Origin: Macrostomum lignano
Lineage: Eukaryota
Reading direction: 5' to 3'
Assembly: GCA_002269645.1 (NCBI GenBank)
Contig: NIVC01002519.1
Span: 1 to 64,000, forward strand
DNA: 64,000 nt
Position numbers and translations under genes: made by a program
The notes under the pieces: model-generated
The model's input: the letters and a program-made list of their open reading frames with translations, nothing else
Databases searched by the model: none
Told to the model about the DNA's origin: nothing
Shown here: positions 1 through 14,595 of the stretch, one piece after another
Numbering within the stretch: position 1 is the stretch's first letter
Layout of the letters: each line of letters opens with the position of its first letter

Positions 1-110
1 CAAGCTATGGGCTTCTAAACTTATTCTATAGTTATTCTAGTATAGTAGTTTTAATTGAAAAGGTAGCGTTCTTTACAGTATAAAATTCAATTTTCAACAA
101 GGCCACTCAC

Positions 111-3100
111 TATTCCAGTCGTCCGGATGGCAGGGCAGATGCCGCCAGCTGTTTGGCTCGATCGATCACTCGATCGGCCGCCGTCAGGTTAACTCGAGCG
201 CTGAATGGCAGAGTGAAGTCGAATAGATCGCTTGACAGCTCGTCTTTGAGGGTCCGGTAGGCGCGGCGGAGAAGAGCCTGAAAAATGAAAATATTTCGAA
301 ATTTTCATTTGTTTTAATGAGACTACCGCTGGGGCACTAAACATGGCACTAAGGTATTCAAAATGGCACCCTGATTCAAAATTCAAAATGGCACTCTGAT
401 ATTAAAAATGGCACTGATATTCAAAATGGCACTATGGTATTCAAAATGGCACCCTGATATTCAAAATGGCACAAATGGCACTGGTACTCAAAATGGCACT
501 CTGATATTCAAAATGGCACTATGCTATTAAAATGGCACTATGGTATTCAAAATGGCACTCTGATATTCAAAATGGCACTCTGATATTCAAAATGGCACTC
601 TGATATTCAAAATGGCACTATGGTATTAAAATGGCACTCTGATATTCAAAATGGCACTCTGATATTCAAAATGGCACTCTGATATTCAAAATGGCACTCT
701 GATATTCAAAATGGCACTCTGTATTCAAAATGGCACTCTGATATTCAAAATGGCACTCTGATATTCAAAATGGCACTCTGACATTCAAAATGGCACTCTG
801 ATATTCAAAATGGCACTCTGATATTCAAAATGGCACTATGCTATTAAAATGGCACTCTGGAATTCGAAATGGCACTCTGATATTCAAAATGGCACTCTGA
901 TATTCAAAATGGAACTGGTATTCAAAATGGCACTCTGATATTCAAAATGGCACTCTGGAATTCGAAATGGAACTGGTATTCAAAATGGCACTCTGATATT
1001 CAAAATGGCACTCTGATATTCAAAATGGAACTGGTATTCAAAATGGCACTCTGATATTCAAAATGGAACTGGTATTCAAAATGGCACTCTGATATTCAAA
1101 ATGGAACTGGTATTCAAAATGGCACTCTGATATTCAAAATGGCACTCTGGAATTCGAAATGGAACTGGTATTCAAAATGGCACTCTGATATTCAAAATGG
1201 CACTCTGATATTCAAAATGGAACTGGTATTCAAAATAGCACTCTGATATTCAAAATGGCACTCTGATATTCAAAATGGAACTGGTATTCAAAATAGCACT
1301 CTGATATTCAAAATGGAACTGGTATTCAAAATAGCACTCTGATATTCAAAATGGAACTGGTATTCAAAATAGCACTCTGATATTCAAAATGGAACTGGTA
1401 TTCAAAATAGCACTCTGATATTCAAAATGGAACTGGTATTCAAAATGGCACTCTGATATTCAAAATGGCACTCTGATATTCAAAAGCACTCTGATATTCA
1501 AAATGGAACTGGTATTCAAATGGCACTCTGATATTCAAAATGGCACTCTGGAATTCGAAATGGAACTGGTATTCAAAATGGCACTCTGATATTCAAAATG
1601 GCACTCTGATATTCAAAATGGAACTGGTATTCAAAATGGCACTCTGATATTCAAAATGGAACTGGTATTCAAAATGGCACTCTGATATTCAAAATGGCAC
1701 TCTGGAATTCGAAATGGAACTGGTATTCAAAATGGCACTCTGATATTCAAAATGGCACTCTGATATTCAAAATGGCACTCTGATATTCAAAATGGCACTC
1801 TGATATTCAAAATGGCACTCTGATATTCAAAATGGCACTCTGATATTCAAAATGGAACTGGTATTCAAAATGCACTCTGATATTCAAAATGGCACTCTGA
1901 TATTCAAAATGGAACTGGTATTCAAAATGGCACTCTGATATTCAAAATGGAACTGGTATTCAAAATGGCACTCTGATATTCAAAATGGCACTCTGGAATT
2001 CGAAATGGAACTGGTATTCAAAATGGCACTCTGATATTCAAAATGGCACTCTGATATTCAAAATGGCACTCTGATATTCAAAATGGAACTGGTATTCAAA
2101 ATAGCACTCTGATATTCAAAATGCACTCTGATATTCAAATGGAACTGGTATTCAAAATGGCACTCTGATATTCAAAATGGCACTCTGGAATTCGAAATGG
2201 AACTGGTATTCAAAATGGCACTCTGATATTCAAAATGGCACTCTGATATTCAAAATGGAACTGGTATTCAAAATGGCACTCTGATATTCAAAATGGCACT
2301 CTGGAATTCGAAATGGAACTGGTATTCAAAATGGCACTCTGATATTCAAAATGGCACTCTGATATTCAAAATGGAACTGGTATTCAAAATGGCACTCTGA
2401 TATTCAAAATGGCACTTGATATTCAAAATAGCACTCTGATATTCAAAATGGAACTGGTATTCAAAATGGCACTCTGATATTCAAAATGGCACTCTGGAAT
2501 TCGAAATGAAACTGGTATTCAAAATGGCACTCTGATATTCAAAATGGCACTCTGATATTCAAAATGGAACTGGTATTCAAAATGGCACTCTGATATTCAA
2601 AATGGAACTGGTATTCAAAATGGCACTCTGATATTCAAAATGGCACTCTGGAATTCGAAATGGAACTGGTATTCAAAATGGCACTCTGATATTCAAAATG
2701 GCACTCTGATATTCAAAATGGCACTTTGATATTCAAAATGGCACTATGCTATTAAAATGGCACTCTGGAATTAGAAATGGCACTCTGATATTCAAAATGG
2801 CACTCTGATATTCAAAATGGAACTGGTATTCAAAATGGCACTCTGATATTCAAAATGGAACTGGTATTCAAAATGGCACTCTGATATTCAAAATGGCACT
2901 CTGGAATTGAAATGGAACTGGTATTCAAAATGGCACTCTGATATTCAAAATGGCACTCTGATATTCAAAATGGAACTGGTATTCAAAATGGCACTCTGAT
3001 ATTCAAAATGGAACTGGTATTCAAAATGGCACTCTGATATTCAAAATGGCACTCTGGAATTCGAAATGGAACTGGTATTCAAAATGGCACTCTGATATTC

Positions 3101-6100
3101 AAAATGGCACTCTGATATTCAAAATGGAACTGGTATTCAAAATAGCACTCTGATATTCAAAATGGCACTCTGGTATTCAAAATGGAACTGTATTCAAAAT
3201 GGCACTCTGATATTCAAAATGGAACTGGTATTCAAAATGGCACTCTGAATTCGAAATGGAACTGGTATTCAAAATGGCACTCTGATATTCAAAATGGAAC
3301 TGGTATTCAAAATAGCACTCTGATATTCAAAATGGAACTGGTATTCAAAATAGCACTCTGATATTCAAAATGGAACTGGTATTCAAAATAGCACTCTGAT
3401 ATTCAAAATGGAACTGGTATTCAAAATGGCACTCTGATATTTAAAATGGCACTCTGATATTCAAAATAGCACTCTGATATTCAAAATGGAACTGGTATTC
3501 AAATGGCACTCTGATATTCAAAATGGCACTCTGGAATTCGAAATGGAACTGGTATTCAAAATGGCACTCTGATATTCAAAATGGCACTCTGATATTCAAA
3601 ATGGAACTGGTATTCAAAATGGCACTCTGATATTCAAAATGGAACTGGTATTCAAAATGGCACTCTGATATTCAAAATGGCACTCTGGAATTCGAAATGG
3701 AACTGGTATTCAAAATGGCACTCTGATATTCAAAATGGCACTCTGATATTCAAAATGGCACTCTGATATTCAAAATGGAACTGGTATTCAAAATGGCACT
3801 CTGATATTCAAAATGGAACTGGTATTCAAAATGGCACTCTGATATTCAAAATGGCACTCTGGAATTCGAAATGGAACTGGTATTCAAAATGGCACTCTGA
3901 TATTCAAAATGGCACTCTGATATTCAAAATGGAACTGGTATTCAAAATGGCACTCTGATATTCAAAATGGCACTCTGATATTCAAAATAGCACTCTGATA
4001 TTCAAAATGGAACTGGTATTCAAAATGGCACTCTGATATTCAAAATGGCACTCTGGAATTCGAAATGGAACTGGTATTCAAAATGGCACTCTGATATTCA
4101 AAATGGCACTCTGATATTCAAAATGGAACTGGTATTCAAAATGGCACTCTGATATTCAAAATGGAACTGGTATTCAAAATGGCACTCTGATATTCAAAAT
4201 GGCACTCTGGAATTCGAAATGGAACTGGTATTCAAAATGGCACTCTGATATTCAAAATGGCACTCTGATATTCAAAATGGAACTGGTATTCAAAATAGCA
4301 CTCTGATATTCAAAATGGCACTCTGATATTCAAAATGGAACTGGTATTCAAAATAGCACTCTGATATTCAAAATGGAACTGGTATTCAAAATAGCACTCT
4401 GATATTCAAAATGGAACTGGTATTCAAAATAGCACTCTGATATTCAAAATGGAACTGGTATTCAAAATAGCACTCTGATATTCAAAATGGAACTGGTATT
4501 CAAAATGGCACTCTGATATTCAAAATGGCACTCTGATATTCAAAATAGCACTCTGATATTCAAAATGGAACTGGTATTCAAAATGGCACTCTGATATTCA
4601 AAATGGCACTCTGGAAGTCGAAATGGAACTGGTATTCAAAATGGCACTCTGATATTCAAAATGGCACTCTGATATTCAAAATGGAACTGGTATTCAAAAT
4701 GGCACTCTGATATTAAAAATGGAACTGGTATTCAAAATGGCACTCTGATATTCAAAATGGCACTCTGATATTCAAAATGGAACTGGTATTCAAAATGGCA
4801 CTCTGATATTCAAAATGGAACTGGTATTCAAAATGGCACTCTGATATTCAAAATGGCACTCTGGAATTCGAAATGGAACTGGTATTCAAAATGGCACTCT
4901 GATATTCAAAATGGCACTCTGATATTCAAAATGGAACTGGTATTCAAAATAGCACTCTGATATTCAAAATGGCACTCTGATATTCAAAATGGAACTGGTA
5001 TTCAAAATAGCACTCTGATATTCAAAATGGAACTGGTATTCAAAATAGCACTCTGATATTCAAAATGGAACTGGTATTCAAAATAGCACTCTGATATTCA
5101 AAATGGAACTGGTATTCAAAATAGCACTCTGATATTCAAAATGGAACTGGTATTCAAAATGGCACTCTGATATTCAAAATGGCACTCTGATATTCAAAAT
5201 AGCACTCTGATATTCAAAATGGAACTGGTATTCAAAATGGCACTCTGATATTCAAAATGGCACTCTGGAAGTCGAAATGGAACTGGTATTCAAAATGGCA
5301 CTCTGATATTCAAAATGGCACTCTGATATTCAAAATGGAACTGGTATTCAAAATGGCACTCTGATATTAAAAATGGAACTGGTATTCAAAATGGCACTCT
5401 GATATTCAAAATGGCACTCTGGAATTCGAAATGGAACTGGTATTCAAAATGGCACTCTGATATTCAAAATGGCACTCTGATATTCAAAATGGAACTGGTA
5501 TTCAAAATAGCACTCTGATATTCAAAATGGCACTCTGGAATTCGAAATGGAACTGGTATTCAAAATGGCACTCTGATATTCAAAATGGCACTCTGATATT
5601 CAAAATGGCACTTGATATTCAAAATGGCACTATGCTATTAAAATGGCACTCTGGAATTAAAATGGCACTCTGATATTTAAAATGGCACTCTGATATTCAA
5701 AATGGAACTGGTATTCAAAATGGCACTCTGATATTCAAAATGGCACTCTGAATTCGAAATGGAACTGGTATTCAAAATGGCACTCTGATATTCAAAATGG
5801 CACTCTGATATTCAAAATGGAACTGGTATTCAAAATGGCACTCTGATATTCAAAATGGAACTGGTATTCAAAATGGCACTCTGATATTCAAAATGGCACT
5901 CTGGAATTCGAAATGGAACTGGTATTCAAAATGGCACTCTGATATTCAAAATGGCACTCTGATATTCAAAATGGAACTGGTATTCAAAATAGCACTCTGA
6001 TATTCAAAATGGCACTCTGATATTCAAAATGGCACTCTGATATTCAAAATGGAACTGGTATTCAAAATGGCACACTGACATTCAAAATGGAACTGATATT

Positions 6101-7099
6101 GAAAATGGCACTCTGGAATTTGAAATGGCACTCTGATATTCAAAATGGAACTGGTATTCAAAATAGCACTCTGATATTCAAAATGGAACTGGTATTCAAA
6201 ATGGCACTCTGATATTCAAGATGGCACTCTGATATTCAAAATGGCACTCTGATATTCAAAATGGAACTGGTATTCAAAGTGGCACTCTGGAATTCAAAAT
6301 GGCACTCTGATATTCAAAATGGAACTGGTATTCAAAATAGCACTCTGATTTTCAAAATGGAACTGGTATTCAAAATAGCACTCTGATATTCAAAGTGGCA
6401 CTCTGGTATTCAAAATCGCACTTTGATATTCAAAATCGCACTTTGATATTCAAAATGGCACTCTGATATTCAAGATGACACTCTGATATTCAAAATGGCA
6501 CTCTGATATTCAAAATGGCACTCTGATATTCAAAATGGCACTCTGATATTCAAAATGGCACTCTGATATTCAAAATGGCACTCTGATATTCAAAATGGCA
6601 CTCTGATATTCAAAATGGCACTCTGATTTTCAAAATGGCACTCTGATATTCAAAATGGCACTCTGATATTCAAAATGGCACTATGGTATTCAAATGTCAC
6701 TATGGTATTCAAAATCGCACTTTGATATTCAAAATCGCACTTTGATATTCAAAATGGCACTCTGATATTCAAAATGGCACTTTGATATTCAAAATGGCAC
6801 TTTAATATTTAAAATGGCACTCTGATATTCAAAATGGCACTTTGATATTCAAGTGCGCACAGTTTTAGAATTCAAAAATTCACTGAACAAGATATTAAAA
6901 AATGGTGCCCAGAAAGTATGAAAACAAAATGGCATTAAATATCAAATTTTCAATTCAATAATCTCGCACCTTGCATTCGGTTGAAAGTTCCGTAGAACTG
7001 CCAGCACTTGAACTGCTGTGCTGATGCTGCTGGTGCTGCATGACAACTCCACTTGACGATCGCTGATGCAAAGAATGCGCCGAAGATGGCGACTGATGA

Positions 7100-7138
<39 letters not shown>

Positions 7139-7293
7139 ACTCGCTCCTGTGGAAATGACGACTGTGAGTTAAACGACACCGGACCGCCTTCCAATTTGAT
7201 GCCAATGGCGGCTGCTAAAGAATTGGATTCGGATGAGGCATCGCAAGAGGACTTGCTGGTGGATAAGCGCTGCTGTTGCTGCTGCGGCTGTTG

Positions 7294-7329
<36 letters not shown>

Positions 7330-7539
7330 AGCAAAAGCATCCGACAGATGGACAACTCGAGGATCCAACACTTCAATAAGTTGATTGCTTAATTGAGAAA
7401 CAACGCGAAATGCTAGCAGAAGATCCCGGACACTCATAGACTCAATCAGCATTGATGCATTGCTGATTGTGGACTCAAATACGGTGAATGGGGAGAAGTG
7501 ATTGGCTGGTTGCTGAGGGTTGTACACTTCGCAGCTCAT
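111..7539 (-). CDS. PolyQ-rich probable nuclear protein, partial. Exons 7539-6970 and 277-111; the gene continues left of the window. The second exon is possibly a C14orf93-like helical domain.
   Basis: The exon from ATG 7539 carries polyQ/polyS tracts and ends at TECK|gtgcga (phase 0). It joins in frame to acceptor ttcattttcag|GCT at 277, giving ALLRRAYRTLKDELSSDLFDFTLPFSARVNLTAADRVIDRAKQLAASALPSGRLE, which ends at a perfect donor TA|gtgagt (110). The family resemblance is from memory only. Confidence 0.7.
351..6852. repeat. Intronic 6.5-kb satellite of 18-20 bp monomers with higher-order structure
   Basis: Monomers are ATTCAAAATGGCACTCTGAT (20 bp), ATTCAAAATGGAACTGGT (18 bp), an ATAGCAC variant, and a recurrent ...CTCTGGA/ATTCGAAATGG junction. 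Multimers of ~154 and ~405 bp recur. Confidence 0.98.
7102..7330. repeat. (CAG)n/(CTG)n microsatellites encoding polyQ tracts
   Basis: GCT/GTT triplet runs at about 7102-7139 and 7270-7329, inside the coding exon. Confidence 0.95.
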
Positions 7540-9744
7540 CTTGCTTCTTTAGTGATATTTTAGAAAGGTTTAAGTAAGCTCTGAAATTTAATGAAGTCAA
7601 CAATATTTGTGTCAGGCTTTATAATACATTTAGTTGTGAACTTTTCAAGTAAAATCCACTACAGATTTGCTATTGCCTTTCATATTTATTTAGGCCTAAA
7701 AACATTGCCTTTAATGCAAGTTTAAAGCTAAATTATAACACATTGTAAACATGACTTTCTTGAGAATTAAATCAAATTTCACTAAGCAAATTCTAAATAA
7801 CCAATTTTTTAATTTACTAATGTCTGAGAAGTTTAGAAGAATTGAGACAATTTGCAAGAGCATGGATGCTTATTTAGGCCTAAATTAGTTTGCTTATTTC
7901 AAGCAACTTTTGCATTTCAGATATATTCATGTTAATACTGTGTGTTGTAATTCTTTATAGGATGTTTATAGATTAACAAGAAATGACTTTGAAATCTAAT
8001 AGAATTCATGTTTAATCATGGACTAGCTATCTGTGTTATCCAGTGAGAGGCAATACAGAAAGAAAAAAAGGAATAAATGACTTTTATATATACAATATAT
8101 TAAATTCTATTATATATTTTACATTAATTTATACATTAAATACAACCCCTATAACCCAAAACATTTTAGCAAAAATTCATTATTAATAGCTTTCAAATCT
8201 CAAGGAATCTCTATAAAAGCCATAGAATTTTAGGAATCCACTTGCAAGTTTTTTATATCTCAGCTATTCCCTAATAAGCTTTGATGCCCTAGCAATTCCT
8301 AAAAGAACCATAGCACTTTATCAATTCTAATGAGGCATAAGCCTTGAAATATTTGCCTATTAGTTAAAATGAAAATGCAATAATTTTACTAGCACTAAAT
8401 ATCAATCATATAAATATTTATTAGCTCTTTGATTCCTTTTTGTACTTATAATTCAGGTGCTTGTTTCAATTATTTACAGATTTTAAAGGATATATAGATC
8501 ATTTATTTTTTACCAAAAAACTATTTAAAGCAACATGGTAAAATAAAGACAATATATAATACTTAAAATTATACAATATATCTTTCATTACTTCAAATTA
8601 CTATACATATTATATATGAGCACTAATCTTATTAATTATACCTAAGTTTTAAAAGTGACAAGTATATGCTACAATGAACTCTTATATAAGCATACAATGT
8701 TACTCATTTACACTAAATATTTGCCACATATAATTTTTATTTCAATTTCATTTAAACTCCAATTCATTCTAGTTAGACAAGTTAGACAATTGAAGTTCAA
8801 CTTTGAAACTTTTTGCTCTTTACATATAAATCTACATTCATTTTAGACAAACTCTTTTTTCAATACCAAAAGCAAGCACAAATTTGTATAAGGAAGAAAG
8901 CCTAATGTTGTTGGCATTAGGCCTAACAAAACTCTATTTCATTTTGGTCAAACTCTAATTCATATTGACAATCTGTTAACACAACTTTTATAAACTCTTT
9001 ACTTTTGTCCAAGTACATTTGAAATTGTCTATCTATATTCAATTTAGTCAAATTTCATTTTATATTTTTCAAAGCAATTTATTTTTTAGAGGCAATATCT
9101 TAGTTTCCTTGTTTAATCTATTTTTGCCCCCCAGTGAACTCCCCATTAATTTGTTCATTTATTATTTGCTTAAGTTCCCAAATATTTGCGTGAATTTCAT
9201 CATAATATTTTGCTTGAATTTAAATTTAAATTTGATATTGCATGAGTTGCCCTGTGAATTATTTTTCTGATGTCATGCCACTTGATGGCCTGTGCACTGC
9301 CTCACCAATTGGTTTTGTCTCCATGCTATGCACCAACAGCAGCCCCATGCGATGCTATTTCCTTGTTTTTATTTTTCTTTATTGCTTTAAGTTACTGCCA
9401 GTTGAGGAATCCAGTGGTGGCTACCCATTTACCACCCACTGAATCCCAGGTGCCGCGCCCTCTAGCAAGAAGAAACTAATATTTATACCGCATTGTGGAT
9501 GCTTGATTTATGCACTTGCTCTCTCTCTCTCTCTCTTGTGCTCTCCTTTATTGGTTTTATTCCCTCTTGATTGCTTGCTTGCGTTTGCGTTACATTAAAC
9601 CTTAATATTTATTTAGCATCCGGCATGCCAGATCTCATATTGCCATAAGGCTGTCTCTCTCTCTTTAACCTCTTGATATTTATCTTGAATTGTTGACAAC
9701 AAATAATAAACTGCAACTTAATAGTTAACAGTTCATTCATAAGC

Positions 9745-10195
9745 CCTTAGCTTTCTATTGAATCATTTGCCCATGGGGCATAAAAAAAACCAAAAGTTCT
9801 CATCTCAAAGAAAGCTCTAAGAATTCAACGTTCCGTAATACGTAAATTACAGTGGTGGCAGCAACTACCCTACTGAAAGTAGCAAGTTTGACAAAAGGAC
9901 ACATTAATTTTATGGTGTCAAATCTCCAGTGTCTACCAACTGAACGACCTTGCTGCTTCACAACCGCTCTGCTACAAATACGACTACCCTCCCCCGGAAT
10001 TGAGGACCCCAGCAGTTGGAGTAAATCAGGAGAAAGAGTCTCATTGTGATTTGTCTGGGCAATTTTCCGGATTCAATTCATGCGAACTCAATGTCAGCGG
10101 CAATTCAAACGTGAAATCCGCCTACCTCACTGGTGTCATCAACTAATTTCAAATAGACCCATTCCAAGAAAACAGCTTTCTCCGCCCCCACCTCA
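9745..10195 (+). repeat. Dispersed structured repeat family, copy 1 (possibly the terminal region of a DIRS/YR-type retroelement)
   Basis: Colinear with 38955-39405 (+) and 41560-42020 (-). Shared blocks: TTTGCCC-ATG-GGGCA, TAAATTACAGTGGTGGCAG, TGAACGACC, CTACCCTCCCCCGGAATTGAGGACCCC, GCGGCAATTCAAAC. Confidence 0.75.
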
Positions 10196-12730
10196 ATAAT
10201 TACGGCTAAGGGAATATGACAAAAACTATCATATTTCTGTAGTCGTAGCCATAAGAGCAGCTAGCTACCATAGGCATATCTGTAGCTGCCATAGGCACCT
10301 ATTTTACCATATTTGCCATAGGATTCCATAGCTATAGCTACGGCTACGGTGGAATACTAGAAATAAGTAATAGATAGTAACTTAAAAGTTACTGGGTTTT
10401 TTGTATAAAGTTACTAGGCTAACGTAAGCTCTACTTTTTTTAAAGTGGTAACTTAAGTTACAATACTTTAAGAGAAACTCTTGTATTAGACTTGTATTAA
10501 TTAGAGAAACTCTATTTCTTTATGAGATAATTTAAAAATTATCTAAAAAATTAAAGTAAATGTATAGGCCTAGCCCATAGTAAAATTAGAGAATGCATCA
10601 ATATTCTAATCATTGAAACTATATTTTTGTAAATATCCCATTAAAAGTAAATAACAAAAAATATTAATATACTAATAGTAATTAAAATTATAACAATTAT
10701 AAGAAAAAACCTCTAATCCATTTAAATGTCAAATAGCAAATTTAGCATTTTATTACACCTTATCACCACATTGACTGTTGCCATTTCCTGTTTTGACTGT
10801 CACTCGATTATCTGTCGCCAGATCATCCAGTTGCTGGATTGACTGGATACTTACCTGGTCTGCCTGCCTACATTGTACATATAACATAGTAAGCAGTAAG
10901 CGGTAAGCCTAGCTAAATAGGACTATTTAGGCCTATTAATAAAGGACCAAAGGTCAAGGACAAAATTCGAATATATATGGTTGTATAGTATAGCTAATCA
11001 TAAATTTAGAGGTTACTAGTTATCAATACTTAAGTATCATTTAGCCTAGGCCTAAGTCTAGTTAAAAATATTGACAAGCTTATTTATGACTTTCGACCAT
11101 TCGATTGTACATTACAATATTTAGATAATGAATAGATAAGTGCAAAGCCATAAAGTCTCTTTAATTTAGGCTCTTTGTTAGTTTCTATCAGTCTCAAAGC
11201 TAAGTTAGGCTGAGGTACGGTAGGCCAGACGGTCAACGGATTACGGATAAAGGCATATCATGAAGCTAAGTTAGGCGTCGGACGAAGTAAAACTGTTTTC
11301 TTGGAAAAACATCAAATCGAATTTTCCGACCGACGATTACGAAAAATATATCGTTGGTTTCGTTTATCTCGGCAATCGGAAATGCACATGAACATGTACT
11401 GTAGTTACTTACTCTTTTACCTTATCTGCACAAGAAATTACGTGAATTTATAAGTTTCTAGAGTACATATTATATATACAGCACTAGCTCAGCGACTACC
11501 AATAGTATATGCAGCTTCGTATACATGCACATACATGTACATGTAAGCTATTAAGTACTTCCTACTAACGTCGGCTGAACGTGGGCGGAAGCCGTAATGT
11601 AGAAGTATTCCTTTACTATTCACGTCGCAGCACATTGGAAATGTCAAATTGTTTGTAAGGACAGCAGGTTCTTGGCTCTGAAACTTGATTAGGATCGATA
11701 TCAAAGCTCTCTCATCAGCGCTGATCGCATGCAAATACTCCACACCGCAGTCCCAATTGCATGTCTCGAGAGTCCTGATCTCGTTCTCTTACTCCTGTGT
11801 AGGCTACTCTAGTTCTGAGTTCTTTTTTATTCATTAATTTTGAGATTTATATCTGTATTGTGTGTACTTTTTTGAATATAACTATATTTTTTTAGAGATT
11901 CATTTCGCCAAATTGTGTACATGTACATCGAGAGGTCCAAACTGTTTATGGTCCGATTTCGATTTCAATATATCACGGTACACCTATATCTGCATGTAGG
12001 TAAATTTTTGCGTCAAACTGTGTACATGCATGTATTTGAAAATTGGTTCTCCCCCGATTGGCTCATTACCGAGCTAATCTATCAATCAGTGCTGATTTTG
12101 AGCTCCAGCTATAAGTTCAAATCAATATACTGAACATGTTCACATGCACCAGTTGCTCCGCCTCCGAGACAGCTTGAATTTGATGAGGACGCACTTTTTT
12201 CCAAATCCCGCGCTAGCACATGGGCTCTAAACTTACTAGCCTACTAACAGTGGGCAATGGGCATTTTTATCCTTTTTCTGCGAATTGTCATAGAATCTAC
12301 TAGATATAATGTTTGGTCATACTAGTATAGTCATAATAACATAGGCGCAGCTTTTTGGGTCATAAATCATCGCTTTCGAAGCTGGTCTGACAGCCACCTG
12401 CGCCTCACTCAGTGTTGAGGCGGGAGCCAGATGGTCTGAGGGGATGCGAATGATAGCTTTTTTCTCATCATTTTTGACAGGCCACAGCCTGATTTATGAG
12501 GTCAGAGCCTATTGTTCGGGTTCACTCAAGCGTGTGAGAGCTTTGACAGCTATTCGTTTTACCCCTAAAAGTACTTTGGGATTAGCGATTAGCGATTTCT
12601 CTTCATTATCTTCACTTTCTATTTAATAAGAGCTTTCTAATGTATATTTTTTTCATTAATTTTGTCAATTCTACGCGAAAAGTCATAAAAAATCATTTTG
12701 TTGCGATTGTGAGTGATTTATGGCCGCACT

Positions 12731-13485
12731 TGTCATGTTTTTACGACCCTGTGGGAACTGATAGGATCTCCCGGTCACGTGATTTTGGGAGGCAACTAGC
12801 TCATCCAATCAGAAAATTCGACGCTCATTTTAACAAATCGGCTCAGCCAATCAGAATCGACGTGTTCCATTATAACAAACTGCGGTCCAGTTGGCGGCTA
12901 TTTAAACCGGTGTTTTTAGCCCGCTCAGACTGCAACCTTCTTGCGACCGGGTGCCACCCTTGGCTCCACCGGCCAGGAATTGACCGTCGTTTCTTGATCC
13001 CCGGATTGCGACTTCCCCCCATCATCATCAAGGACGAATCCCCCGGTCATCAGCCGTGAACATCAAAGTGAAGAGCATCACCTGCTAGCTATCAGCGAAG
13101 ATTGTGACATCAGCATCATCCCGGGCCTACAGCTGCGAAGCACTAAGCCGATTCGGTCACTGTGGATTACCTGGTCTCTCCGGCTGTTGAGTTTCTGATT
13201 GGTTGGGTGAGAGGCTGCCTAGACTTGCTTGATTGGGTGATTCCTTATCTGTCCCTATTTCAGTAGCTGGATTAGGCGCACACTTTTGCTCATTTTGTTC
13301 AGTAGTGCTGTAATCGAGGCAGAAGTCATTCAATAATACTGCTAGTAGTCTGAAACTCCAACATTCAATCTGAGGTGTGAAGTGATTCAGTGAGAAGGTT
13401 AAATCTGGCAGTCATTTTTATCGGTTTTATTTCATTGTTCGCCGATGGCTCAGATGAGTAGCTAAGCTAGTAGGCGCCGGTCACA
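12731..13485 (+). promoter_or_regulatory. Promoter-like GC island, possibly a solo LTR
   Basis: E-box CACGTG (12776), CCAATCAG at 12805 and 12847, TATTTAA at 12899. Bounded by TGTCAT...GTCACA, but no target-site duplication was found. Confidence 0.35.
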
Positions 13486-14595
13486 GTGGACCAATGGCAA
13501 GGCAGTTCTCAGTCGACCTATTTATCAAATCAGTTAGCGAAATTGCCAAAAGTGCAAAATCGGCGCTAGAGATGTACCTCCGTGCACTCTAGATTCGCCA
13601 AGCGGCTCGGGTAATGAATCATGCGGTCTCTGATGTTTGAGTTAGTCTATCATCAGCGCTAGGAGAGGCTGGTTGGCGCGTTGAAGGCCAAAAGTACAAT
13701 TCTTCGTATTTAGCAATGTAATAGTACATGTAGCTACCCCATAGTCTCGCCACCGCTAGAATCCCCTGCACAAGTCCCCTCTGTACCTGCATGTCCCTTA
13801 TCATCGGCTATGACTTTGAGATTGACAGCAAAAAGACACTAGTTGGCAGGTAAGTGTAAAGCCCCCTCTAGTCGGAAGCCCGATTTCGAGAGTCCCGGTG
13901 TGGTGAGCCAGGACGTACGGGCTGGTGGCAGCGAGTTAGCTAATCTGCGGATTAGCTAATTTCTACCTTCAAAATTCTCCCTGCTTGTCTCTCGCTGTCC
14001 CTCTCTTAGCTGTAGGACCTAGACTGCTCGCCACACGATCAAGCTACCATGGGGCCGACCATCTGACAGGAGTGGGGGCCAGGACTCTAATTGATTTATT
14101 TCTGAGACCTGAGGCCCGAAGGCTTCCCCACAAGGGGGCCGAAAGGTCGAAATCCATCAAATGGTGAAAATGGGAGTTTTTTATTATGAATTTAAAAGGA
14201 AATCCAAATCCGATAGAGAGAAGTTTTTTTTCTGTTCAGCTAGTAGTGGCGGTCGACCAAATGCCTCTTGAAATCATGCAAATCATTCCATCCGGAATGG
14301 CCATTTATAAAAAAGGCGAAGGCTTAATGAGTTACATTTAATTAGAGTTAATCTAGGAAATCTCTTGAAGGCTTTGATAGTTAATTCTGTCTTTGATAGT
14401 TTAAAAATTGACATATTTCAGGCCAAAAGAAAACAATTGTGTGATCGTACGTGCATCAAGCGGTTTAGTATGGAGACTCGCCACGTTCCAGCAGTGTCTC
14501 TTTTTATCGGCTAAAGACTTCGAGATTGACAGCCAGAAGAAATTAGTTAGCAAGAGCCCCCTTCTTATATAGTCAAAATTAAACCCGAATTATGC

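Noticed and set aside
351-6852. CRISPR-like appearance of the regular short repeats here and in other arrays
   Set aside because: The units are contiguous with no unique spacers, there are no cas genes, and the context is a eukaryotic intron.
12345-12450. Hairpin-forming GC island with a U-rich stretch, resembling an snRNA or SL RNA
   Set aside because: No canonical Sm site, leader or recognisable snRNA motif.
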